From: Syntrophales bacterium
Lineage (GTDB): Bacteria; Desulfobacterota; Syntrophia; Syntrophales; UBA2210
Reading direction: 5' to 3'
DNA length: 64,000 nt
Assembly (NCBI GenBank): GCA_963666365.2
Contig: CAXXNF010000002.1
Coordinates: 864,001-928,000 of the forward strand
This document shows positions 11,031 through 19,808 of the stretch, piece after piece; the first letter of the stretch is position 1, and each line of letters opens with the position of its first letter. A program made the translations under genes and the position numbers. The notes under the pieces were generated by a model. That model was not told the DNA's origin and ran no database searches. It saw nothing but the letters and a program-made list of their open reading frames with translations.

Positions 11031-13813
11031 GGCACGTTATTTTTGTCGATAAAGGCACTTTCAGTAATTTGTAACACATGGCTTCCGGGATATTGCCGGT
11101 CCAATTTACCGTCGTGCAAGAAAGACAACGCCTTGTCCTTGTCACCATATGTGCCGATAAATACGGCATGCCAAAGGCCGCTGCTTTTACTGTTATAGAC
11201 ACTTACCCAGGCGTCAATACCCGTGGTCTTCAATGATCTGGCCAGGCGTTTCGCATTACCGGCCTCCCGAAACGAGCCGATACGGATGGTGTAGTATCCG
11301 TATTTTTTATGATCTTCACGCGTTGATTCGGTATTGCGCTCCGTCTCTATATTACTTTTTTGTTCTCCCCCTCTGTGTTCTTCCGCAATGACCGGATCTG
11401 GATCACCTTTCTTCACAGCAGCTGCAGGAAGGTCTATTTTTTTTCTCACGATCGGCTTCGCGTCAACGTCAGAAGATGCAGTCGAATTGCCGATGGCGCT
11501 GTCTTTCCACAGCGGAATCACCATTTCCGGAAGGTGTATCAGATCAAATCTGTACAGCGCGTGAGCGCCGAACAACAGCAGGATGAGGAAAAGAATCCAC
11601 ACTTTTACTGCAGGCAAGGCTATTTTTGAAATTTTTCGTTTGGGTGTGTTTTCGTCCTCGCCATAATATTTATAGTATTTGTAATAATCATAATCGGTGA
11701 AGTCAGGGCTTATTTCTGGATTGAGGCCATTAAGCACAACGCCGACGATGTGTGCCGTTGCCCTGTTGAGTTGCGCAACGGCCTGTTTGAGGGTGCCCCT
11801 TCCTACTTTTCCCACTCGATATACCATAGCGATGGCGTCTGAAATCGATCCCAGGATTGCGGCATCCGCGGCGGAAAGAACGGGCGGGGAATCAAGAATG
11901 ATAACGTCGTACTCTTTCTGTGCTTCATCAAGAATCGCCCGGAAGGTCCCTGTGCTCATAAGTTCGGCAGGATTGGGGGGCATGGTGCCGCATGTGATTA
12001 TATTTAAATGATCCAATCCCGGTGTTGTCATAATTTCATCAACAGTCATTTTTCCAACCATGAGATCCGAAACGGTGTTGACCGTATCTTTCCAAAAGTA
12101 ATTCCCCAGGATGACATCGGATAATCCAGGCACTTGATTTATCCCGAACATTTTGGCGATCATCGGTTTTCTCATATCCGCGTCGATAAGGAGCACGTTT
12201 TTCCCTGTTTGTGCGAGTGCAACAGCAAGATTGGCCACAATGAATGTCTTGCCCTCTTGCGGCGAAGAGCTTGTAAGGGTTAGTGTCCTGATATTTTTAC
12301 CGAGCCCGGAGAAACTGAGATTTGTGCGGAGTGTTCTGTAATTTTCCGCAAGCAGCGATTTCGGCGCGTAATGGGAAATAAGCCGCGAATATCTTTGAGC
12401 GGTTTCAGTGTCAATTTCCTCTGAACCGTCTCTTGCTATGGATGCCTTAATTTCGTTGACATCCACGTGCGGGATAAGTCCGATCACCTGGGTGCCGGTA
12501 TATTCTTCTATTTCGGCGATATCGCCAATGGAGGTATCGAAGGTTTCAATCACGAAGGCAAGCAGGGTACCCACGATAAGTCCAATAAGAATGCCGGCAA
12601 ACCCTATTGCCGCCGTTTTAGGAGGATTTATCGGGCGCCCCGGTGCAAGGGCAGGTTTCACAATTTGTATTTCCTCTATCTTCTCGGCTTCTTTAATGAG
12701 AATTTCCTGGTACTTGGTCTCAAGAAGCATGTATAATTCTTTATTTATCCGCACATCCTCTTCCAGTCGACCCAGCGCAAGGCTTCTTTCAGGAAGTGTC
12801 TTTATTTTCGAATCTATTTCATCGATCCTCTTTTGCAGCGCTGCGATATGGGCCTCGAGGATTTTATGCTGATGCTGCAGTTCCGACTCCATGCGGGCGG
12901 TAATTTCTTGTATTGCCTTGTTTATTTCTATTACCCGGGGATACTCCTCGGTATAGGTAATAAGAAGCGTATCTCGCTCCATCATTAATTTTATCAGCTG
13001 ATCGTTAAGCCCTTTATAGAGAGGTGATGCATCGGGGATAAAGTAGCTCGTCTTGGCCGCAAGAGCGGTTTTTCCCGATTTATTGAGTATTGTGGCGGTG
13101 TTTTCTATTGTCTGTAATGCCTCTGTTGTCTTTTTATAGGTATCCTGCAACGACGCATATTGATTCAGAAACTGCGAAGTCTGGGAAGCAACCGCCAAAA
13201 GCTGGTGTTCCTCCCTGAATTTTCTCACGGTATCTTCCGCAATTCTCAGCTTTTCTTTCACTACCTGCAGTTGACCTTCAATAAAGGCCTTTGCATCGGA
13301 AGTCCGTTTGTTCAAGTCAATAAAATGATGTTCTTTATGGACACGTGCGATTGTATTGGCAAGATCGCGCGCAAAGGCGGGATCAGCCGACGTCACCGAG
13401 ATGTTCAGAATGTTGCTGTATCCCTCCTGTTCGGTTTCGATACTGTCACGTATATTGAGTACTATCTTTTGATATTTCAAATTCCTATGTATCTCTTCCG
13501 ATGAAACGTCTGCAGGAATGAGTCCCAGCTCTTTTGCCGCCAATTCAACGATATGATAGCTTTTAATGATTGTTGCCTGGGTTCCCATGTAATCCGTTGG
13601 AGACCATGAAACCGCCTGAACATAAAGGCCTGTAACGGAGCTGGTTTTTTCGATCTTGATGCTTGCAGTGGCCTGGTAGAGCGGCACAGGCTGCCACAGC
13701 ATTGAAAAGAGGACGCTGAAGAAGGCGGTGCATACCACGGCGGCGATAATAATGTATTTCCTCTTCCTGACAACCCTCCAGTAATCACGAAGATTCAGAT
13801 CGTATTGCGCCAT
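11027..13813 (-). CDS. wzc: Polysaccharide co-polymerase / BY-kinase (Wzc family) with extra C-terminal TM and SPOR domain
   Basis: Wzz-like N-terminus 'LRDYWRVVRKRK', coiled coil, Walker A 'SSSPQEGKT', 'LLIDADMRKP', 'IILDSPP', Tyr cluster 'DYDYYKYYKYY', SPOR-like 'YTIRIGSF..WHAVFIG'. Confidence 0.88.
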   Translation of the reverse strand: MAQYDLNLRDYWRVVRKRKYIIIAAVVCTAFFSVLFSMLWQPVPLYQATASIKIEKTSSVTGLYVQAVSWSPTDYMGTQATIIKSYHIVELAAKELGLIPADVSSEEIHRNLKYQKIVLNIRDSIETEQEGYSNILNISVTSADPAFARDLANTIARVHKEHHFIDLNKRTSDAKAFIEGQLQVVKEKLRIAEDTVRKFREEHQLLAVASQTSQFLNQYASLQDTYKKTTEALQTIENTATILNKSGKTALAAKTSYFIPDASPLYKGLNDQLIKLMMERDTLLITYTEEYPRVIEINKAIQEITARMESELQHQHKILEAHIAALQKRIDEIDSKIKTLPERSLALGRLEEDVRINKELYMLLETKYQEILIKEAEKIEEIQIVKPALAPGRPINPPKTAAIGFAGILIGLIVGTLLAFVIETFDTSIGDIAEIEEYTGTQVIGLIPHVDVNEIKASIARDGSEEIDTETAQRYSRLISHYAPKSLLAENYRTLRTNLSFSGLGKNIRTLTLTSSSPQEGKTFIVANLAVALAQTGKNVLLIDADMRKPMIAKMFGINQVPGLSDVILGNYFWKDTVNTVSDLMVGKMTVDEIMTTPGLDHLNIITCGTMPPNPAELMSTGTFRAILDEAQKEYDVIILDSPPVLSAADAAILGSISDAIAMVYRVGKVGRGTLKQAVAQLNRATAHIVGVVLNGLNPEISPDFTDYDYYKYYKYYGEDENTPKRKISKIALPAVKVWILFLILLLFGAHALYRFDLIHLPEMVIPLWKDSAIGNSTASSDVDAKPIVRKKIDLPAAAVKKGDPDPVIAEEHRGGEQKSNIETERNTESTREDHKKYGYYTIRIGSFREAGNAKRLARSLKTTGIDAWVSVYNSKSSGLWHAVFIGTYGDKDKALSFLHDGKLDRQYPGSHVLQITESAFIDKNNVP

Positions 13814-13834
13814 TCAACGGAATCCTTTTCCCTG

Positions 13835-15022
13835 TCAATCCACCCTTTTAAAGCGAAGATGATCGCTGTTGAAGTAAGAATCTCTATAACTGCCCGGATA
13901 CAGAAAGTAATCAAGAAGCGGCACCGTATTGGTGATGAACTCATTGATGTCGCCTATGACGGTCCTGGGCACGTACACCACATCGCCATTCAGAAGCGCA
14001 ATGTTTTGTGAAATATCGCCCTGTTTGAGCACCTCGTCAAGGTTTGCGGAAATAACCAGGGGTTTCCTGTCATTTGCCACATATCCCCGAATGACCTTTA
14101 TGTCGGTATCTACGGCTATCCTGGTTGTACCGCCCGCCAACGACACTGCGGCAAGAAGATCATGGGCGTCCTTGAGCCGGTAGATTCCCTGCGATGCAAC
14201 TTCGCCGAACACGTAGACGCGCTCTCCGTAGACCGGCAATTCGGGAACGGTGACGATGTCTCCGCTATCGACAACAATATTTTGACTTGTGTCCCCTTTC
14301 ACCATCACGTCGAGCAGGTTCACGGTGTATTTCCTGCCTTTTCTTACGACCTCCACATGACGTAAATCAGCGTTCGCGTATTCCTGGCCCGATATAGCGC
14401 CACCGGCCATTGTAATCAAATCTATTAAGGTGGTCTTACCTTTCAAATAATACGTGCCCGGTCCCGACGCCCTGTAATCCGCGCTGTTTATCTGGCCCAG
14501 AAGAAGCGCACTTTTGCTTTTATAATCTTTTATCATCACTTCGATTCTAGGTGTTTTTATGTATTTTTTTAACGCATTCGTCAGGAGATCATCGACCTCT
14601 CCTGCGGTACGACCGTCAACCATGACATCATCGATAAAAGAGTAGGAGATTTTGCCATCCGGCCGCACCACCGTTTCGTATTCCTGAACCTGGTTCCCTT
14701 CCATGCTTCGAATGAGAAGTACATCGTCGGCGCCGATTTTATATTCCGGAATTCCTCTCTTTTCGGTAAATACACTGTTTTCAGTAGCCGAACTCATCTC
14801 GGCAATCTGTTGTTTTTCGACTGCCCTCTTCTCATTGGATTGCCTGTCCTGATTTTGTACATTACTGACATATTCCCGTGCAGGTATGCCCCGTGCTTCA
14901 AAACTGCAGGCGTATACCGATAAGATGAATATTCCCATGCACATACCAATCATGACACTGCGCACGCGCAGGTATAATTTGACTTTATTTTCTGTGATCA
15001 TTCGGCTCTGTTTCATTTCCAT
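13835..15022 (-). CDS. wza: Polysaccharide export outer-membrane lipoprotein (Wza family)
   Basis: Lipobox-like 'LSVYAC', poly_export 'EYKIGADDVL..VRPDGKIS', SLBB repeats 'VYVFGEV..PG/QG.Y'; true start may lie slightly downstream. Confidence 0.85.
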   Translation of the reverse strand: MEMKQSRMITENKVKLYLRVRSVMIGMCMGIFILSVYACSFEARGIPAREYVSNVQNQDRQSNEKRAVEKQQIAEMSSATENSVFTEKRGIPEYKIGADDVLLIRSMEGNQVQEYETVVRPDGKISYSFIDDVMVDGRTAGEVDDLLTNALKKYIKTPRIEVMIKDYKSKSALLLGQINSADYRASGPGTYYLKGKTTLIDLITMAGGAISGQEYANADLRHVEVVRKGRKYTVNLLDVMVKGDTSQNIVVDSGDIVTVPELPVYGERVYVFGEVASQGIYRLKDAHDLLAAVSLAGGTTRIAVDTDIKVIRGYVANDRKPLVISANLDEVLKQGDISQNIALLNGDVVYVPRTVIGDINEFITNTVPLLDYFLYPGSYRDSYFNSDHLRFKRVD

Positions 15023-15037
15023 GCAACTGATTCATTT

Positions 15038-15120
15038 TCTCCCACAGAGACGACGAGATGCAGAGAAAAACATTTTTTCATTTTTTGCTGTCCTCAGCGC
15101 CGCTCCGTCTCTGGGCGAAA
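15038..15120. repeat. Imperfect inverted repeat (REP-like) just upstream of wza
   Basis: Arms CAGAGACG ... CGTCTCTG pair perfectly, with weaker flanking complementarity around an A/T-rich centre. Confidence 0.4.
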
Positions 15121-15624
15121 GTATGTTCTTTTTTCTGTACTCTGCCCAAGAAATTGTGAGTTATTACACGCTTTTTAATCTTGCTCGCAATTTCAAGCTC
15201 TTACAGCATTTTTTCCATTCTGTCAATGCAAGGCTATTCAAATATTGAGTGATTATAACCCATTGTAACTGCATCAACAAGGGATATAATCCTTCCCTCA
15301 ATTACATTAGGCATATTATAAAAGCAGCACATCCTGGCAAATACCATATTCCGTCCAGAAGAAATACAAATTATTCTTGTCAATCCTTGTGTAAATGTGT
15401 AGTATCGCGACCTAACTTTGCATTCGATATTGTACGCAGCGGTTTAGTTGCTCTGTGGTCGTTCTTTGCTATGAGACCTGAAATCCGCTCACACACAGAC
15501 CTGTAATGACCCGCTCGCCCACTGCGGTCAAAAAAATAATTTGCATTGTAATCCTTTCGGAGTGAAACTATTGTGCAGCGGTTGCCCTAAAAAAGGATAT
15601 GCATGTTGAGGAATTTCGGATTCC

Positions 15625-16512
15625 ATGCTCAAATTATATTCTGAGATACTACAATATCTTGCCGAATTCAGATCTTACGCACTCGATGATAAAGTGCTTG
15701 ATATTAGGCCCGCGATAGAATTTGTCACATTCTTGACAGGAAACCATGAGCACATCGAGCAGTATTATATATCGACACTACAATCTAATCCCAATGAAGA
15801 CTTTTTTCTCTCTCATCAGGCCAATGCGCTTGCCTATGCTCTCAAGATAGGTCGAGGCTTGAAATACGCTCCTGAAAAACTCCATGAACTCGGTTTGGCA
15901 GCACTGCATTATGATGTAGGGCTCCTTAAAATACCTGATTCAATAAAATATAAGGAAGGTGAACTAAGCGATCTGGAATTAAAAACGATACAGACACATG
16001 CCGAAATAGGCAGCATTATCTTGTCCGCCTATCAAGAACAGTATCCCTTTCTCTCACGGGCTGCGCTCGAGCATCATGAACGGGAAATGGGTCAAGGCTA
16101 TCCTTCAGGATTAAAGGGGAATGAAATCAGTGAATATTCCAAAATAATCGGAGTGGTGGATATATACGAGGCCATGATTCATAAAAGACCCTATAGAAAA
16201 GCCTACCTTCAGCATGATTCAATCAAACGGATCCTTAATTCAAAGGGACAACTCTTTCCCCCGTACATAATAAAGGCGCACCTCGAAGAGACAGGACTGT
16301 ACCCGCTTGGAAGTTATGTAAAACTGAACAATGGAGTAATCGGCCGGGTTTGCGCCGTCAACAAGTCGCACCCATTGAAGCCGGTTGTTATATTGTTGTT
16401 TGACAGCAATGGCCGCAAAATGGCAGGGGATAGTAAAATCAATCTTGGAGAACATCCTATCCTCTATATCACAGAAGCGATTGACATGGAAAATCTGCCC
16501 TATGATCGGTAA
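15625..16512 (+). CDS. HD-GYP domain protein (HD motif degenerate)
   Basis: 'ALHYDVG' at the HD position, 'HHEREMGQGYP', 'DIYEAM..RPYRKA', C-terminal 'YPLGSYVKLNNG'. Confidence 0.85.
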   Translation: MLKLYSEILQYLAEFRSYALDDKVLDIRPAIEFVTFLTGNHEHIEQYYISTLQSNPNEDFFLSHQANALAYALKIGRGLKYAPEKLHELGLAALHYDVGLLKIPDSIKYKEGELSDLELKTIQTHAEIGSIILSAYQEQYPFLSRAALEHHEREMGQGYPSGLKGNEISEYSKIIGVVDIYEAMIHKRPYRKAYLQHDSIKRILNSKGQLFPPYIIKAHLEETGLYPLGSYVKLNNGVIGRVCAVNKSHPLKPVVILLFDSNGRKMAGDSKINLGEHPILYITEAIDMENLPYDR

Positions 16513-16546
16513 AAAATGCAGGGCGGGGATAATGAATATATTGATG

Positions 16547-16575
16547 TTGACATATGGGTGTTGTGGGGCTAGTTT
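16547..16575 (+). promoter_or_regulatory. sigma70-like promoter of the RiPP-like operon
   Basis: TTGACA-N17-TAGTTT, about 58 nt upstream of the PqqD ATG. Confidence 0.55.
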
Positions 16576-16632
16576 AGTTTTAAATTCTTTTTACCTGTGG
16601 TGTATGATCACCGGAGAAGAACTGGAATTTCT

Positions 16633-16890
16633 ATGAAAGATGATCCCATCATGGCAGAAGTCGACGGTGAAGGCATGATTATCGATGTCGACCGCGGGAC
16701 CTGTTATTTCCTGAATGAAACCGCGCTGCTTATTTACAAGATGGTAAAAGACGGCAAAGGCAGCCGCGAGATCAGGGATGTGCTGACACGGGACTATGAT
16801 GTCGACGAAGGAGACGCTGAGAGCGACATAACTGCTTTTTTGAAGCAGTTACAAAGCAAGGCTGCAGCATGGGAAAAAAGAGATACGTAA
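16633..16890 (+). CDS. PqqD family / RiPP recognition element (RRE) chaperone
   Basis: 85 aa; 'EVDGEGMIID....YFLNETALLIY....G....I...L...YDV....AESDI..FL..L' is the typical stand-alone RRE pattern. Confidence 0.9.
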   Translation: MKDDPIMAEVDGEGMIIDVDRGTCYFLNETALLIYKMVKDGKGSREIRDVLTRDYDVDEGDAESDITAFLKQLQSKAAAWEKRDT

Positions 16891-17129
16891 AACCGGAAAT
16901 CAGGGAGGAATCCCAGATTCTTACCGTAAGGGCATGGGTCACCGCAACGGCCCAGGTGTTGACGCAGCCGACGACTGAAACGAGCGTTTCCCTGCAGAAT
17001 GTCGCAGAATCGGTATCATCGACCAGTCAGGCATTACAGGAGAGGGTGACGAAAACCAGTGTTGCACAGCAGACCGTCATCACGAGAACCGGTGTCGCCC
17101 TGCAGAGAGTCCTTTCCCGGCAAAGATGA
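16869..17129 (+). CDS. Putative RiPP precursor peptide (86 aa)
   Basis: Leader 'KKRYVKPEI' matches the RRE-binding Y/WxxPxL/I motif; lies between the RRE and the radical SAM genes; repetitive Thr/Ser/Val/Gln core. Confidence 0.8.
   Translation: MGKKRYVKPEIREESQILTVRAWVTATAQVLTQPTTETSVSLQNVAESVSSTSQALQERVTKTSVAQQTVITRTGVALQRVLSRQR
16941..17114 (+). repeat. Five degenerate 33-bp (11-aa) repeats inside the precursor
   Basis: TATAQVLTQPT / TETSVSLQNVA / (ESV) / SSTSQALQERV / TKTSVAQQTVI / TRTGVALQRVL; DNA e.g. acgaaaaccagtgttgcacagcag vs acgagaaccggtgtcgccctgcag. Confidence 0.7.
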
Positions 17130-17170
17130 TACCCAGGCAATGACACCCGCCTATTGAGCCATAGCTGTCA

Positions 17171-18133
17171 ATGTTACAAACCATAGCCATAGACATAACA
17201 AACTACTGCAATTTCGATTGCATCCACTGCATCAGGGATAAAATTTCACCACGGGCCCATATGGATGCGACATTGCTGAGAGATATTCTTGAACAGATTA
17301 CCTCCGTCGGCATCGGGGAAGCGTGCCTTACCGGCGGAGAACCTGCTCTTCATCCAGAACTCGGTCCCATCGTTAAGAGCTTTTGCGACTACGGCGTGCA
17401 TTTCAGCCTGGTCAGCAACGGATTTCTCTTTGAGGAGTCGATCCTTCCTCTCTTTGACAGGAACGTTCAAAACTACCTGACGGGCGTCAGTTTCAGTCTC
17501 GACGGCGCGACGGCGGCGACTCATGATATGTTGAGGCGCAAGGGAAGTTTCGAACGAGTCATCAGCTCTATCAAGGCATGCACACTAAAAGGGATTTCCG
17601 TATCCGTCAAGAGTATCGTTCATAGAGAAAATATGCACGAAATCGTCGATGTCGCCGTGTTATGCGCCTCCCTTGGCGTTGAAAGTCTCGGATATGTGCT
17701 TCTCACGCCTACGCCGCGGATCATCCAACAGTGCCTTATGCCGAGCGCCGAAGAGTATGAAGCGGTTACCAGACGCATTACCGGAAGGATTGCCCCTTCC
17801 TTCGCAATGATCATTAATATGGAAGGGTACGCCGATCCTGATTTTCGCGTCCCCTTCTGTAATCCCGCCCAGGGGCTTTCGGTAGACCACGAAGGAAACC
17901 TAATATTTTGCTGCAATCTCTCTCACCCAACCGCAGGTGATAGGCCTGATACGTTCGGAGAAGAATATCTCGGCAACATCAGTGACATTGGGATTGAGGA
18001 AGGAATACTGAGGCACTACAGGAAGTTTGCCTGGTTTATGAGCAAAGTGATGAACTCGGGCCCGGCCGGACTTGAAGAAAGAAACTGCTCGGCCTGTTTT
18101 CGCCTCTTCGGCAAGCAGGATTGGATGAAATGA
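17171..18133 (+). CDS. Radical SAM protein with C-terminal Twitch/SPASM-like Cys motifs (1)
   Basis: CxxxCxxC 'CNFDCIHC', 'LTGGEP', 'FSLDG', C-terminal 'FCN..DHEGNLIFCC..CSAC'. Confidence 0.92.
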   Translation: MLQTIAIDITNYCNFDCIHCIRDKISPRAHMDATLLRDILEQITSVGIGEACLTGGEPALHPELGPIVKSFCDYGVHFSLVSNGFLFEESILPLFDRNVQNYLTGVSFSLDGATAATHDMLRRKGSFERVISSIKACTLKGISVSVKSIVHRENMHEIVDVAVLCASLGVESLGYVLLTPTPRIIQQCLMPSAEEYEAVTRRITGRIAPSFAMIINMEGYADPDFRVPFCNPAQGLSVDHEGNLIFCCNLSHPTAGDRPDTFGEEYLGNISDIGIEEGILRHYRKFAWFMSKVMNSGPAGLEERNCSACFRLFGKQDWMK

Positions 18134-19143
18134 AAGCCCCGACGATCGATATCGTTAATTTCTGCAACTTCTCATGCCGGCACTGCCTTGTAGAAAAATC
18201 GGCGCCACCCCTCTTTATGGACAGGCATCTCTTCTCCCATCTCATGGATCAGATAGGACGTCTCGGTTTCAGATATGCCGGCATCACAGGGTCTGGAGAG
18301 GTGTCGCTGCACCCCCAGATAGAAGATATCCTGTTCAGCCTTGCAGAACACAATATCGGGTTTGAAATGCTTACCAACGGATTCTTGTTTAAGGAGCGCC
18401 TGCTTCCGTTGCTTAAAGATCCGATGATCAGGAAACGAGTCTGTTTGATCGGGTTCAGCCTTGACAGCGCACGGGAGGAGGTGCACGACAACAACAGAAA
18501 GGAAGGCAGTTTCAGGAGAATCATCGAGGCGATCGGATTGTGCCGACTGCTCGGAATACCTTTTTATATCAAGACTGCGGTGACAAACATCAACAAACAC
18601 GAGCTGAGAGACATTCTTCTTTTTACCTCCGGTCTGGGCGCCTTTTCACAGTCATTCCTTTTTCTTCAGCCGACGAGGCGATTGTTGACAGAACAACTCA
18701 GTCCCGACCCCCATGAGTTGTATCGCCTGTTCACGGAACTCAGCTCCTGGCGCCGGATATATCCCAGATTAAAACTGGAGGCTTTCAATACATCGAATGA
18801 TCTCTTCTCTTGCAACGCCTTTTTCAAATGCGGCGTCGATGAAGTGGGAAACTATCTTATCTGCAACAATCTCAGCAATGTGGGAACTTCAGAAGAAACC
18901 TACAAAGGCCCGGAATGTATCGGGAACATAGCAAACGAGTGTCTGGAAGACCTGATAGTGCGGCATCTCAACCTCCTGCCGGAAATTCTCAAGTGGCGGT
19001 TTGACCGTAAGGACATGATTAAGAATGCACCCCTCTCACTGTGCAACTGGTGTTTTTACCAGTTTAACAAACTGGACTGGTTAAAAAATGATTTTCCCGA
19101 CTCACCATGGACACGATGCTTAACCTCAACATTTACGGATTGA
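18130..19143 (+). CDS. Radical SAM protein with C-terminal Twitch/SPASM-like Cys motifs (2), paralog of the upstream gene
   Basis: 'CNFSCRHC', 'TGSGE', 'FSLDS', 'SCN..DEVGNYLIC..CNWC'; ATGA overlap with the upstream stop. Confidence 0.92.
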   Translation: MKAPTIDIVNFCNFSCRHCLVEKSAPPLFMDRHLFSHLMDQIGRLGFRYAGITGSGEVSLHPQIEDILFSLAEHNIGFEMLTNGFLFKERLLPLLKDPMIRKRVCLIGFSLDSAREEVHDNNRKEGSFRRIIEAIGLCRLLGIPFYIKTAVTNINKHELRDILLFTSGLGAFSQSFLFLQPTRRLLTEQLSPDPHELYRLFTELSSWRRIYPRLKLEAFNTSNDLFSCNAFFKCGVDEVGNYLICNNLSNVGTSEETYKGPECIGNIANECLEDLIVRHLNLLPEILKWRFDRKDMIKNAPLSLCNWCFYQFNKLDWLKNDFPDSPWTRCLTSTFTD

Positions 19144-19808
19144 AGGTTCAATTACACTTTGCGTCCTGGAGTGACGAAACCAAGGCAGCCGATCTATTCG
19201 CGCTCTTTTTGAACGACGATCACGACGAGGCGGACGTTTCTTTCGAGTTTGGGAAAAATGTGGCGAGACAGGAAATAGCCCGTCATCTTTTTCCTTTTCT
19301 TGCTGAAAGGGAGATATGGGCAATCCATTCAGGGGGGTTTCATTACCATGGCGGGCATCTGACGGTAGGACCTTCCAACTGCGGGAAATCGACCTTCAGC
19401 TACATGGCCGCAAAAAACGACCTCTTTCTCTTGAGCGATGATATTACCCTGATGAAGGATACCGCATCCGGTGTGGAAGTTCTCCCCTTTTACTCGGCAC
19501 TCTATCTGAAACATAAGGTGATTTTACCGGATTCTAGTATTTTCAAGCCCACCCTGCTCAAATACCTCCTGCTGCCGCGATTCAGCAAAGGCGCGTTTTG
19601 CATCAGAAAAATTGAGCAACGCAGCGACCTGCTGCGCCAATTAGTACCCCAATTCCTCTGGTCATACAACAAAAGAGAGCAGGAAAAACAAAAGAGATTT
19701 TTAGAATTACTATGCAATTATCCGGCATTTGAAGTATATTGGAACGAAACGATGTTTGACGATCATCGGTTATTGAGGGACGTACTTGATGCAATTGTTC
19801 AAAATTGA
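19107..19808 (+). CDS. HPr kinase-related P-loop kinase
   Basis: 'IHSGG', Walker A 'GPSNCGKST', 'LLSDD' motif of the HPrK-like family. Confidence 0.75.
   Translation: MDTMLNLNIYGLKVQLHFASWSDETKAADLFALFLNDDHDEADVSFEFGKNVARQEIARHLFPFLAEREIWAIHSGGFHYHGGHLTVGPSNCGKSTFSYMAAKNDLFLLSDDITLMKDTASGVEVLPFYSALYLKHKVILPDSSIFKPTLLKYLLLPRFSKGAFCIRKIEQRSDLLRQLVPQFLWSYNKREQEKQKRFLELLCNYPAFEVYWNETMFDDHRLLRDVLDAIVQN

Noticed and set aside
15249..15506. 85-aa ORF in the wza / HD-GYP intergenic region
   Set aside because: GTG start, no SD or motifs; more likely divergent promoter DNA.
17127..17186. Selenocysteine readthrough of the precursor TGA, giving ...YPGNDTRLLSHSCQCYKP
   Set aside because: The extension runs out of frame into the radical SAM start, no convincing SECIS hairpin is visible, and the repeats end before the TGA; probably chance.
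16633..19143. PQQ, mycofactocin, sactipeptide/ranthipeptide or spliceotide pathway
   Set aside because: No pqqB/C or ExxxY peptide, no mycofactocin C-terminus, and no Cys or Tyr-Gly motif in the precursor core.
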